A DNA stretch of 64,000 nt from Tannerellaceae bacterium. GTDB taxonomy: Bacteria > Bacteroidota > Bacteroidia > Bacteroidales > Tannerellaceae. The DNA lies in contig JAISXD010000041.1 of the NCBI GenBank assembly GCA_031270665.1, positions 211 to 64,210 of the forward strand. The letters run 5' to 3'. How positions within the stretch are numbered: position 1 is the stretch's first letter; each line of letters begins with the position of its first letter. This document shows, one piece after another, positions 28,198 through 38,269 of this stretch. Below the pieces are notes generated by a model. The model searched no databases and was not told the DNA's origin. It worked only from the letters and a program-made list of their open reading frames with translations. A program made the translations under genes and the position numbers.

Positions 28198-29330
28198 TAA
28201 TGCCGGATAATACGTAAGAATTGCGTTACCGTACGCTCTATATTTTGCCTGGCAAATACGTTGTCCATTGCCTGCCGGAGGCTGACGGTGCCTGGCTGTA
28301 TGGAGAACGCCGATAAAAAGCCCTGGCTGTTTAAAGCCTCGGCTTCTTCTATTGATCCGCCGATGGCTATGGTGGGGATATGTTGTTTTCGGGCTGCCTG
28401 AAGTATGCCGCCTGGCGTCTTTCCCATGCCGGTTTGTTTGTCTAATTTGCCTTCGCCGGTAATAACTAAATCGGCCCCCTTTATCTTTTCTTCGAACAAC
28501 AAGGCGTCGAGCACCATTTGTATGCCCGGCTTGAGCGTTGTGGGGAGAAAGGCGAGGAAGCCGCCGCCCAATCCTCCAGCCGCCCCTGCTCCGGGGATGG
28601 CATCGATGTCTTTTTGCTCTTGTTGCCTGATTACGGAAGCAAAGTGGGTTAAGCCCCTATCCAATAGCCGTATCATTTCATCGTCGGCGCCTTTCTGGCG
28701 AGCATACACAAAGGCCGCCCCGTTCTCGCCCGAAAACGGATTGTTTACATCGCAGGCCACCGTAAAGTCTGCTTCTTTGAGCCGGGGCAACGCTTGCGAA
28801 CGGTCTGTCGAACAGATGTCCTGAAGAATCCTTCCGCCCTGCCTCAGTTCCTTTCCTTCCTTATCCAAGAAACGGAAACCGAGCGCCTGGAGCATCCCCG
28901 TACCGGCATCGTTCGTAGCGCTGCCTCCTATGCCAACCAGAAAATGCCGGCAGCCACGTTCCAGCGCATCTTTTATCAGCTCTCCCGTGCCGTACGTCGT
29001 AGTAAGTAAGGGATTCCGCTTATCTTCGGGCACCAAAGGCAATCCGCTGGCGGAAGCCATTTCAATCACCGCCGTCTCGCCATCCCCCAATATACCATAT
29101 TCGGTATAGATAAGATTCATCAGCGGATCATGTACTCGGCAGGCCATCATTTTTCCACCCATCGCATGCACCAACGCCTCTGTTGTGCCCTCGCCGCCAT
29201 CGGCAACAGGGATTTTCAATACTTCGCAATCAGGAAAGACACTCCGGATGGCTTTCTCAGCGCTTTCCGCCACTTCCAAAGAAGTAACAGAGCCTTTAAA
29301 TGAATCGGAAGCGACAACTATTTTCTTCAC
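28179..29330 (-). CDS. glxK: Glycerate kinase
   Basis: ASDSFKGS, ADGGEGT, GGSATNDAG, GAAGGLG, ITGEGKLD. Confidence 0.95.
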   Translation of the reverse strand: MKKIVVASDSFKGSVTSLEVAESAEKAIRSVFPDCEVLKIPVADGGEGTTEALVHAMGGKMMACRVHDPLMNLIYTEYGILGDGETAVIEMASASGLPLVPEDKRNPLLTTTYGTGELIKDALERGCRHFLVGIGGSATNDAGTGMLQALGFRFLDKEGKELRQGGRILQDICSTDRSQALPRLKEADFTVACDVNNPFSGENGAAFVYARQKGADDEMIRLLDRGLTHFASVIRQQEQKDIDAIPGAGAAGGLGGGFLAFLPTTLKPGIQMVLDALLFEEKIKGADLVITGEGKLDKQTGMGKTPGGILQAARKQHIPTIAIGGSIEEAEALNSQGFLSAFSIQPGTVSLRQAMDNVFARQNIERTVTQFLRIIRHYQIVNQ

Positions 29331-29363
29331 ACCAATACAGATATTTAACCGGGCAACATCGTG

Positions 29364-30383
29364 TCATAGCATTTCTTTCAATGCTTGTTCTAAAAGACGG
29401 ATATCTTCATCCGTCGTATCCCAGGAAGTAACCAGGCGGACTTCACTTGCCTCTTCATTCCAATAGTAGAAGAAGTATTTTTCCAACAGTTTTTTAGCTG
29501 CTCCGGAGGGCATAATAAAGAAAAGCTGGTTCGATTCCACCTTCTGTGTGAACTGAATCTGCGGATATTGCCGTAATAGCGCAGCTAATTTGGCAGCTTG
29601 CCGATTGGCATTCGCCGCATTATCAAGCCACAGGTTATTTTCTAAATAAGGTATAAATTGTGCCGACAGATAACGCATCTTAGAAGCCAACTGGGCCGAT
29701 TGTTTCCTGAAATAGTGAATATTTTCCGTTATCTCCGGCCGGAAAGATATAACCGCTTCGCCCATCATCATCCCATTCTTCGTTCCCCCAAAACTCAGTA
29801 CGTCTACGCCGACGTCTGCCGTCAATTCCTTCATTGTGCAGTTCAGATAAGCGCACGCATTGGCCAGGCGGGCGCCGTCCATATGAAGATACATATCGTG
29901 GGCATGCAACAGATTGGCTATCGCTCTTACCTCTTCAATCGTATAAACCGTCCCCAGTTCCGAAACCTGCGATATATATACCGCTTTTGGCTGGGCATGA
30001 TGGCAAATGCCAAAATTATGCAGGTGCGGCCTGATTAATTCCGCCGACAGCTTCCCGTCTTCCGCAGGTATGGCAATCACCGTACAACCCGTCATCCGTG
30101 CCGGCGCTCCACATTCGTCTACATAAATATGAGCTGTCTGGGTGCAAATAATGCTGTGAAACGAACGGGTAGCCGCCTGCAAGGCCACCGAATTAGCCCC
30201 CGTACCGTTAAACACAAAGAAAGGAGAAGCTCCTTCCCCAAACACTTCCTTTAACTTATCAACAGCGGCTGCCGTCCAATTATCATCGCCATATCCCACC
30301 GCATGGCCTTCATTAGCTTTAAGTAAGGCATCCATTATCAAAGGATGCACCCCCGAATTGTTATCACTGGCAAAACTTCTCAT
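29364..30383 (-). CDS. ltaE: Low-specificity L-threonine aldolase
   Basis: FASDN, GTGAN, HMDGARLANA, SFGGTKNG (PLP lysine). Confidence 0.92.
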   Translation of the reverse strand: MRSFASDNNSGVHPLIMDALLKANEGHAVGYGDDNWTAAAVDKLKEVFGEGASPFFVFNGTGANSVALQAATRSFHSIICTQTAHIYVDECGAPARMTGCTVIAIPAEDGKLSAELIRPHLHNFGICHHAQPKAVYISQVSELGTVYTIEEVRAIANLLHAHDMYLHMDGARLANACAYLNCTMKELTADVGVDVLSFGGTKNGMMMGEAVISFRPEITENIHYFRKQSAQLASKMRYLSAQFIPYLENNLWLDNAANANRQAAKLAALLRQYPQIQFTQKVESNQLFFIMPSGAAKKLLEKYFFYYWNEEASEVRLVTSWDTTDEDIRLLEQALKEML

Positions 30384-30622
30384 AACGTTTACTTTTAAGA
30401 GCCTAAAGATAGTGATTAAAAAGTTTATCCACTATATGCCGTTTCACGGATTTGAGTGAAGGTTCTTTTTACGGGAACAGAAATTTCTTATCAGAATAGA
30501 ATAAGATATATGTATTTATTATTACATTTGGAGCATTTTGTAACTTATATACCTGCAATGGTATACTTTATTGAATTGAATTATCTTAAACAATACACAG
30601 ATCATTAAAAAACACTGACATT

Positions 30623-31783
30623 ATGATTATTGGAATTCCAAAAGAAATTATGCCCGGAGAAGCCCGTGTGGCTGCCAGCCCGGAAACTGTAAAGAAATTC
30701 ATCGCCGATGGAGCGACAGTTTTAATTGAACATAAAGCAGGAGAAGGCTCCTTCTATTTTGATGATGATTACAAGGCTGCCGGTGCGCAGATTATGACTT
30801 CGGTAGAAGAACTGTTTGAAAAAGCAGCTTTAATTCTTAAAGTAAAAGAACCGCTTTTCAATACCGATTGTAATAAACACGAGGTAGACCTGATGCATGA
30901 AGGGCAATACCTTATAACATTTATACACCCGGCCTCACCCGTCAATCATGAAATGGTAAACAGGCTGGCTGCAAAAAACGTTATAAGCATGACCCTCGAC
31001 GGAGTTCCGCGTATATCACGCGCCCAAAGTATGGATGCCTTGACTTCCATGAGTACATGCGCCGGATACAAAGGGATACTTTTAGCAGCTAACGCCATGC
31101 CTAAATTCGTGCCACCCATGTTTACGGCCGTTGGTTCTGTACGGCCGGCTAAGGTATTGGTTATCGGTGTTGGAGTAGGAGGCTTACAGGCTTTGGCTAC
31201 GGCTAAGCGGCTGGGGGCTGTCACGTATGCTACGGATATTCGCCCGGCGGCATTAGAACAGGCGCAGAGCTTAGGCGTTAAAGTAATAGAGACAGGCATA
31301 CCGGCAGAAATGGCCATCGCAGAAGGTGGTTACGCCAACGAATTATCCGAAGAATGGTTGATAAAGGAACGCGAAAAACTGCGCGAAATGATGAAAGGCA
31401 TGGACATCGTATTCTGCAGCGCTTTGGTGCCGGGGAAAATAGCGCCCGTATTAATTACGGAAGAGATGATAAAAGAGATGCCGAACGGCTCCGTTATTGT
31501 AGACATCTCCATAGACCAGGGCGGTAACTGCGAAATAACACCTCCGGGAAAAACAGAAATAAAACATGGCGTAACATTGATAGGTATTAAAAATATACCG
31601 GGCATGTTGCCAACCAGCGCTACCTGGATGTTTTCCAATAATGTCTATAATCTTGTTAAGTATCTGACTAAGGATGGCAAAATAGCATTGGATATGTCTG
31701 ATGAGATTGTAAAATCAATTTTAGTATCCATCCATGGAAAAGTAGTACACACAGGAGCTTTGGAAGCCATGAATAAACACTAA
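30623..31783 (+). CDS. pntAA: NAD(P) transhydrogenase subunit alpha, part 1 (domain I)
   Basis: GIPKE..EARVA, RISRAQSMDALTSM, GVGVGG Rossmann motif, DQGGNCE; TACATTTG box at 30523-30530. Confidence 0.95.
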   Translation: MIIGIPKEIMPGEARVAASPETVKKFIADGATVLIEHKAGEGSFYFDDDYKAAGAQIMTSVEELFEKAALILKVKEPLFNTDCNKHEVDLMHEGQYLITFIHPASPVNHEMVNRLAAKNVISMTLDGVPRISRAQSMDALTSMSTCAGYKGILLAANAMPKFVPPMFTAVGSVRPAKVLVIGVGVGGLQALATAKRLGAVTYATDIRPAALEQAQSLGVKVIETGIPAEMAIAEGGYANELSEEWLIKEREKLREMMKGMDIVFCSALVPGKIAPVLITEEMIKEMPNGSVIVDISIDQGGNCEITPPGKTEIKHGVTLIGIKNIPGMLPTSATWMFSNNVYNLVKYLTKDGKIALDMSDEIVKSILVSIHGKVVHTGALEAMNKH

Positions 31784-31790
31784 AACGCCC

Positions 31791-32102
31791 ATGAATCCGA
31801 TTTATTTAGTATTAATATTTCTGCTATCCTCTGTTGTAGGCTATTTTATCATCAAAAATGTACCGAGCCTGCTGCACACCCCTCTTATGACGGGAATGAA
31901 TGCTTTATCCGGCGTATGCCTTTTAGGCGCTGTGATCTCTGTTGGATATGCTTACCAGGCGGGAGGCGCGGGTCTTATTTCCGGACAGGTATTCGGCGGG
32001 ATAGCAGTCGTTTTGGCTACCGTAAATGTAGTGGCAGGATTTGGCGTAACGCACCGCATGCTTAAAATGTTTAACCCCAAAGAAAAAAAAACTGAGAAAT
32101 GA
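31791..32102 (+). CDS. pntAB: NAD(P) transhydrogenase subunit alpha, part 2 (membrane)
   Basis: LHTPLMTGMNALSG, NVVAGFGVTHRMLKMF. Confidence 0.95.
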   Translation: MNPIYLVLIFLLSSVVGYFIIKNVPSLLHTPLMTGMNALSGVCLLGAVISVGYAYQAGGAGLISGQVFGGIAVVLATVNVVAGFGVTHRMLKMFNPKEKKTEK

Positions 32103-33532
32103 TAACGGAAACCGTCTATTACATCATTTGTGTAATCCTCTCTTTTCTCTCTTTGCTGGGGCTATCTATGATGAGCAAAGTCCCTACTGCCGTTCGTGGC
32201 AACCTGTTGCTTTCATTTTGCCTTCTGGCAGGATGTGTGATCACCTTATTATATTATCAGATCGCCGGGGTGGGGACTATTTATGCATTTATATTAACCG
32301 GATGTATTACAGGAGGTATCCTTGCTTATAAAGTACAGATGATGGAGATGCCTCAGACAGTGGCCATGCTGAACGGATTGGGCGGATTGGCCGGAGGTAT
32401 CGTAGGGGCACTTACGCTTATCCATATCGGCGTAAAGCCACCGGCCTATCCATTGTTTGTAAATGTAACGGCTACCTTGGCGGTTGCTGTAGGGATGGTT
32501 ACTTTTGTAGGGAGTATGGTGGCTGCCGGAAAGCTACATCGTTTACTTCCTCAGCAACCTGTTGTCTGGAAAAATCATCCGTTACTTACAATCCTGTTTC
32601 TGATTGGCTCCGTAGTATCTGTTGTTTTTGCTTTCTTTATAGGAAAAGATGTGGGTATTCTGTCCAATAGTTACTTCATATTGGCTTTGGCCGTTATCTT
32701 CGGGTCGCTTTTCGGATTAGCCTTTGCTATCCGTGTCGGCGGGGCGGATATGCCGATCACCATATCGTTACTTACTTCTCTTGCCGGGGTAGCCGCCGCT
32801 ATTGCCGGAATGGCTATCGGTGATTTGTTAGTGGTTTCCATCGGGGGAATCGTTGGTTCGTCTGGTTTGCTGTTGACACAAATTATGTGCCGTGCGATGA
32901 ATCGTAACCTGATGGTTATTTTAACGGGAAAAACATCCGTAGCGCCGGCCACAACCTGCACAAATAAGTTACCGGAAGAGAAGGAAGAAAACGCTGCGCC
33001 GGAACATGAATCGAATGAAATAGCTCTCGGTAATCTGTTGAAATCAGCCAAACGCGCTATTATTGTCCCCGGTTATGGTATGGCGCTTGCACAGGCGCAA
33101 CACCTGGTTCGCCAGCTTGCCGATTTGTTGGAAGCCCGGCATACAGATGTTAAGTATGCCATCCATCCGGTAGCCGGGCGTATGCCAGGACACATGAACG
33201 TACTGCTTGCCGAGGCCGATGTGGCTTATGAACAGTTGTACGAAATGGACAGTATCAACGAAGACTTTAAAGAGACCGATATAGTTATTGTCATCGGTGC
33301 CAATGATGTATTGAATCCTGCTGCAAGAGACGCCGAAGGCACTCCCATTTATGGTATGCCTGTATTAAATGCAGACCAGGCTAAACATATAATCATCTGT
33401 AATTTCGACACGAAACCAGGCTATGCCGGCGTTCCGAATCCTCTTTACGAGATGGCGGATAAAGTAACCATGATGCTCGGCGACGCCAAAGAATCGTTAG
33501 CCGAATTGCAAAGAATGTTGAGTAATTCGTAA
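32099..33532 (+). CDS. pntB: NAD(P) transhydrogenase subunit beta
   Basis: GGADMP, MCRAMNR, PGYGMALAQAQ, HPVAGRMPGHMNVLLAEA, IYGMP. Confidence 0.97.
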   Translation: MITETVYYIICVILSFLSLLGLSMMSKVPTAVRGNLLLSFCLLAGCVITLLYYQIAGVGTIYAFILTGCITGGILAYKVQMMEMPQTVAMLNGLGGLAGGIVGALTLIHIGVKPPAYPLFVNVTATLAVAVGMVTFVGSMVAAGKLHRLLPQQPVVWKNHPLLTILFLIGSVVSVVFAFFIGKDVGILSNSYFILALAVIFGSLFGLAFAIRVGGADMPITISLLTSLAGVAAAIAGMAIGDLLVVSIGGIVGSSGLLLTQIMCRAMNRNLMVILTGKTSVAPATTCTNKLPEEKEENAAPEHESNEIALGNLLKSAKRAIIVPGYGMALAQAQHLVRQLADLLEARHTDVKYAIHPVAGRMPGHMNVLLAEADVAYEQLYEMDSINEDFKETDIVIVIGANDVLNPAARDAEGTPIYGMPVLNADQAKHIIICNFDTKPGYAGVPNPLYEMADKVTMMLGDAKESLAELQRMLSNS

Positions 33533-33550
33533 CGAATCATACTCCCGGTT

Positions 33551-33601
33551 TGCACAAAACATTTAAAAATGTGCAGCATTTAATAATAATAATTATATTT
33601 G
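33551..33601 (+). promoter_or_regulatory. fadL promoter with a palindromic site
   Basis: TGCACA-N13-TGTGCA (33551-33575) and TATATTTG -7 box (33594-33601). Confidence 0.55.
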
Positions 33602-33652
33602 CTGCCGTTTTTGCTATGGCTAAAAAGTCATGAAACGTGTTATTAACTAATA

Positions 33653-34993
33653 ATGAAAAGTATGAAAAAGATTATTACTTTAGCATGCGTTGCCATGCTC
33701 CCTTTGTCGTATGCCGCAGCCGAAGGTTATCAGGTAAATTCACAAAGTGCCAGGCAGGCCGGTATGGGCCATGTAGGCGTTGCGATGAAATTGGGCGCCG
33801 AAAGTATGCACTTCAATCCTGCAGGGCTTGGTTTTCTAGATAAAACGATAGACCTGTCGGCCGGAATATCCGGTGTTTTTTCCAGTGGAGAATACACAAA
33901 AGAAAATTACAAACACAAACCGGATAACGACCCGAGTACCCCCCTTTATTTCTATGCCGGATTTAAAATATATGATTTTATGTCGGCCGGAATAAGCGTT
34001 ACCAATCCTTATGGCAGTGCAATGAATTGGGGGAAAAACTGGACAGGATCCCATCTTATCCAGGATATTTCGCTAAAATCATTTTCTATTCAACCTACAT
34101 TGGCTTTTAAGATTGGCGACCACCTCAGTTTAGGCGCCGGTATGATGATGATGTTCGGCGATTTTTCATTAAGTCGCGCCCTTATTACATCCGGCGATTT
34201 AGCGGCAGTAGCAACGATGAAGCCGGCATTACAACCTCTTGCCGATAAATATAAAGATATTACTCCCGTAGGGACCACTTTATCGGGCAATGCCGGCGTA
34301 AAGTTAGGATTCAACGCAGGAGCTATGTATGATATAACAGAGCAGCTTACCGTAGGTATTTCCTATCGTTCAAAAGTAAAGATGAAAGTGCCCGAAGGAA
34401 CAGCCGAATTATCCTACGCCAATGAGTCGGAACTGAAACCGATATTAGGCGCCATGATCCCTCCGTTAGACCAAGGTACGTTTGAAGCCGAACTGCCTTT
34501 ACCTTCCAACTTGAATGTGGGTATCAGCATCACACCGATCGACAGGCTTATGCTTTCCGGTGAAGTCCAGTTTGTAGGTTGGGGCGCCTATAAAGAGTTG
34601 AATGTTCAATTCTGGCAGGAAGGTTTGAAAGGATACAGCCTTTCGGCAAAAAAGGAGTATAAGAACAGCTGCATTTACCGTATTGGCGGCGAATATGCTA
34701 CAACAGACCGTTTAGACCTCCGTTTAGGATTCTACTTTGATGAATCACCTGTTAAAGATGGGTTCTTAAATCCGGAAACGCCCAGTATGAATAAGCTGGG
34801 TACAACCGCCGGGCTTAGTTTCCGTCCATTGGAAAAATTATCTGTCGACATTGCCTTATCCTATGTCACAGGTTTCGGACGCGACGGTTCCTATACCGAT
34901 GTAAACCCCGTAACTAAACAACCAAGAGTTTTTGACGGACATTACAAAATTCGTGCATTCACCCCATCCATAGGGCTGGCTTATTCATTCTGA
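33653..34993 (+). CDS. OmpP1/FadL-family outer-membrane transporter
   Basis: EGYQVNSQSARQAGMG, FNPAGL hatch motif, terminal LAYSF. Confidence 0.92.
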   Translation: MKSMKKIITLACVAMLPLSYAAAEGYQVNSQSARQAGMGHVGVAMKLGAESMHFNPAGLGFLDKTIDLSAGISGVFSSGEYTKENYKHKPDNDPSTPLYFYAGFKIYDFMSAGISVTNPYGSAMNWGKNWTGSHLIQDISLKSFSIQPTLAFKIGDHLSLGAGMMMMFGDFSLSRALITSGDLAAVATMKPALQPLADKYKDITPVGTTLSGNAGVKLGFNAGAMYDITEQLTVGISYRSKVKMKVPEGTAELSYANESELKPILGAMIPPLDQGTFEAELPLPSNLNVGISITPIDRLMLSGEVQFVGWGAYKELNVQFWQEGLKGYSLSAKKEYKNSCIYRIGGEYATTDRLDLRLGFYFDESPVKDGFLNPETPSMNKLGTTAGLSFRPLEKLSVDIALSYVTGFGRDGSYTDVNPVTKQPRVFDGHYKIRAFTPSIGLAYSF

Positions 34994-35001
34994 ATAAACT
35001 G

Positions 35002-35059
35002 TTGAGTGTGGAAAGTTGAAAACAGTATCGTAAATTCGTTTTTAATTTTCCACACTCAA
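35002..35059. terminator. Long hairpin between convergent fadL and GH29
   Basis: 22-bp stem with two G-U pairs and a 14-nt loop. Confidence 0.7.
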
Positions 35060-35112
35060 TTCTATGCCGTTTACTTAAGTTATAACCATTTCTTATACAT
35101 GAATAAGTTGGG

Positions 35113-36564
35113 CTAAGTACGCGCCTGCTGATAAACGCTGTCTTCTTTTCTTTTGTCTGTCATATCTACTTCGATAACGAAAGGTTTGCCGACTGTATAA
35201 TTGACAGGTATTGAAAGATAAAAGATGGTATTGTTCTTTTTATTTTTTCCTCCCTGAATGATTTCAATAGCTGTTTTATCTTTCAGAAAACAGGCTTTAT
35301 CAGGTAACAGGCTCTCTTTTGGGAAAACAAGTTTCAGCCGGTTGTCGATTGGTTTGTTGAATACAATAAGATAGAGTTTGTCGCCTTTTCGGGTATAGTA
35401 TCCCCATCCCTGCGTTTCCAGTCCGGCATATTCGCATCCATAGATAGCATCATGGTTTATTTTCATCCATTCGCCTATTTCCATAGCCAGCCGGGTCTCT
35501 TCCGGGCGTATCGCACCCTGTCCGTCCGGTCCGAAATTCAGCACAAAATTACCATTCAACGAGACAGATTTGGCGAGCATTTCAATCAGGTCGTAAGCTG
35601 TTTTAACGTATCCTGTCCAAGCGGAATGGTATCCCCATTGGTTTTCGGGCACCGTCATAATGCACTCCCAATCATTACCGTGTACATCTTCGATGTTACC
35701 GGGTAAGTCGCGTTCCCAGCCCTGTTCATAGTCTCCCATCAACTGTCCATTGCTGTCGAAATGACGTTTCCCGTATTCGTCAGCCCGGAAGCGGCTGCCT
35801 ATTATAAGTCCGGGATGTTTTTCGCGCAATTCCTTTTCCAGGTTATCGGTCCAAGCGCTCTCATTAACCCAGGATTGATCCCACGTCCCATCAAACCACA
35901 GGCCTTTTATCGTTGGATAGTTGGCCAGTAGTTCCAGAAGTTGGTTGCGCGTGAACTGTTTAAATTCTTCGTAAGACTGCTTTTCATCATCGGTTTCCGG
36001 CGCTTTCGAACGATAGCCCGGATGATTCCAGTCGATAATGGAAAAATAAAGGTAAACGTCGATACCCTCGGATGTATATGCATCTACAACTTCTTTTACA
36101 ATATCTTTTTTATAGGGTGAATGAGCGATCGTATAGTCGGTATACCGACTGTCCCAAAGGCAAAAGCCATCGTGATGTTTGGTTGTAAATATCATGTATT
36201 TTGCTCCCATATCTACGGCTATCTTCGCCCATTGTTGTGCATTAAAATCGGCAGGATTGAAATCTTTATACAATTGGTCGTATGCTTCGTCGGACATTTC
36301 GTCCCACGAGCGAATCCATTCCGCTGCACCGATATAAGCTTTTCCTTGCCAATGTCCGCCGGGGATTGCATATACTCCCCAATGTATGAACTGCCCCAAT
36401 CCGTATTCCCTCCAACACTGCATATCGGCATCTGTGCGTTTTTCTATGCGATGAGTGCCGTGTTTGAGGTCGTGCCCGCTATTTGTAATGCAGGCGGTTG
36501 CATGCAACAGACAAATGGTTACAAAATAGAAGAGGGTCTTACTCTCTATGTTTTTCAATGTCAT
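35113..36564 (-). CDS. GH29 alpha-L-fucosidase
   Basis: FIHWG, TKHHDGFCLW, WFDGTWD nucleophile, NFGP; recalled as similar to BT2970 (not searched). Confidence 0.95.
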   Translation of the reverse strand: MTLKNIESKTLFYFVTICLLHATACITNSGHDLKHGTHRIEKRTDADMQCWREYGLGQFIHWGVYAIPGGHWQGKAYIGAAEWIRSWDEMSDEAYDQLYKDFNPADFNAQQWAKIAVDMGAKYMIFTTKHHDGFCLWDSRYTDYTIAHSPYKKDIVKEVVDAYTSEGIDVYLYFSIIDWNHPGYRSKAPETDDEKQSYEEFKQFTRNQLLELLANYPTIKGLWFDGTWDQSWVNESAWTDNLEKELREKHPGLIIGSRFRADEYGKRHFDSNGQLMGDYEQGWERDLPGNIEDVHGNDWECIMTVPENQWGYHSAWTGYVKTAYDLIEMLAKSVSLNGNFVLNFGPDGQGAIRPEETRLAMEIGEWMKINHDAIYGCEYAGLETQGWGYYTRKGDKLYLIVFNKPIDNRLKLVFPKESLLPDKACFLKDKTAIEIIQGGKNKKNNTIFYLSIPVNYTVGKPFVIEVDMTDKRKEDSVYQQART

Positions 36565-36581
36565 GACTTCTATAATTTACA

Positions 36582-36611
36582 ATTCCAGGGTCTATAGGCA
36601 GGCCCTGGAAT
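36582..36611 (-). other. Intra-operon hairpin between susD and GH29
   Basis: ATTCCAGGG...CCCTGGAAT inverted repeat; possible stabiliser or partial terminator. Confidence 0.55.
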
Positions 36612-36637
36612 CAAGTTAGACTAACTTATCAGGCGTA

Positions 36638-38251
36638 TTAGTTATAACCTTCGTTTTGCGGGAAGGAACTCCCTGTATTAGAATCGATGATAGATTGAGG
36701 AATAGGCCACAAGGCATGATAATCCTTCATATTTTGCGTATTGGGGTTATATTTCAGCGTACGCTCTTTTAATTTGCCCAAACGCACCAGGGTCAGTCGT
36801 CTCAATTCTTCACCCACTAATTCGCGGATGCGCTCGTCCAGCAAGAAGTCAATCGTTGCTTCGCCGGCGCTGATAGGTGATGTATTGGCACGTTCCCGTA
36901 TTACATTGATCGCTTCGGCTGCTTCGGTTTGTTTGTCTTGCTGGATTAACGCCTCGGCAAGCAATAGATAGGTTTCTCCCAGACGCGATTTGATGCGGTC
37001 CTTATTGGCTCCGTTGTAACTCAGATTGTCGGCTTTTCCGTAAAAGAATTTGGTAACAGCCGGACACAGCTCGGCTTTGTTCCAAGATTCGTCGGTAATA
37101 TCCGCTTTTTGTCCGAATTTCTCTGACGAAGGGTTGTTGTAATACCAATTCCTCTTAATATTGTATTCGGAGTTACGCATGTCGGTAGGAGTGTAAAAGT
37201 TTTCGCCGTTGATCCACCATTTGAGAGGTACGATTTGCGCAAGTCCTCTTCCTCCCAAGCTGTCAGCCAAAACAAACCCGTCGATGTTCCAATATTTGGG
37301 AACCCAGGCGCGACGGCTCCAATCTTCGTTGGCGTCTCCTCCTCCGTTTGTATTGTATTCCAGTTGTATAACCCAAATACTTTCCCGATTTCCTGCGTTT
37401 CTGTTTTGGTTGTATTCGAGGAACATGTCGGAGAATGGATCGCCGGGATTATCCCAGACAACGCCAAAACGGTTTTTTGTCAGCGAGAAATAGCCTGAGT
37501 TGATGACGTTTCGGGCAGACGTTTCGGCTGCCGAATAGTTACCGGCCAGAAGGTATATTTCGCTAAGCAGGTGTTCGGCAGCCCATTTGGTCAATTTGCC
37601 AGGTATAACCTTGTCCGGGTCTTCCGGTAGATTGTCGACGGCAAAGCGCAAGTCTTCTACCATCTTGTTTAAGACTTCGGCTTTCGGCGTACGAGTAAAG
37701 TCTATACGGAATTTTTCTTCAATTTTATCTACATAGGGTACATCTCCATAGAGGTAAACCAGATACCGGTAGGCATAGGCGCGGAAAAAACGCGCTTCCG
37801 CCTGAAACCTTACTTTATCGCCTGGTTTATCCCATTTCACATTTTCTTTTTCGGAATAGCTGAGTATCTCGTTTGCCGACGCTATCATTCCGTAAGCATA
37901 ATTCCAGTACGTAGTTACGTACACAGAAGAAGTGCTGTAAGACAAGTTTTCAAAAGGCACCAGCGAACCGTCTTTATGTCCTGTATATACAATGTCGGTA
38001 GCAACTTGCAGGGATTCGTAAGGACAAGCCTGCGAATGTGCAAAGAAGGTATTTGTCCCTGCGCTTCCCCATGTATTGTATTCGGAACGAGCATAGCCGT
38101 ACAGCCCTGTTATACCTACTTCAAAGCCATACGAACTTGTGTATGTATTACTTGGAGCAAACGAGCTTTTCAATTCTTCGTCCAAAAAGCCGGCACATCC
38201 GGTATGAAGTAATCCGATAGCTACCGTGGCAGCGAATAATATTTTTTTCAT
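36638..38251 (-). CDS. SusD/RagB family lipoprotein
   Basis: Lipobox HTGC, EARFFRAYAY..YGDVP, RLGETYLLLAEA, ERIRELVGE, QNEGY. Confidence 0.95.
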   Translation of the reverse strand: MKKILFAATVAIGLLHTGCAGFLDEELKSSFAPSNTYTSSYGFEVGITGLYGYARSEYNTWGSAGTNTFFAHSQACPYESLQVATDIVYTGHKDGSLVPFENLSYSTSSVYVTTYWNYAYGMIASANEILSYSEKENVKWDKPGDKVRFQAEARFFRAYAYRYLVYLYGDVPYVDKIEEKFRIDFTRTPKAEVLNKMVEDLRFAVDNLPEDPDKVIPGKLTKWAAEHLLSEIYLLAGNYSAAETSARNVINSGYFSLTKNRFGVVWDNPGDPFSDMFLEYNQNRNAGNRESIWVIQLEYNTNGGGDANEDWSRRAWVPKYWNIDGFVLADSLGGRGLAQIVPLKWWINGENFYTPTDMRNSEYNIKRNWYYNNPSSEKFGQKADITDESWNKAELCPAVTKFFYGKADNLSYNGANKDRIKSRLGETYLLLAEALIQQDKQTEAAEAINVIRERANTSPISAGEATIDFLLDERIRELVGEELRRLTLVRLGKLKERTLKYNPNTQNMKDYHALWPIPQSIIDSNTGSSFPQNEGYN

Positions 38252-38269
38252 CTCTTTGTTTGTTTTAAA

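Noticed and set aside
30440-30510. Rex or other operator upstream of pnt
   Set aside because: TTCAC-N8-GTGAA has the reverse arrangement to the Rex consensus, and other short dyads are expected by chance in AT-rich DNA
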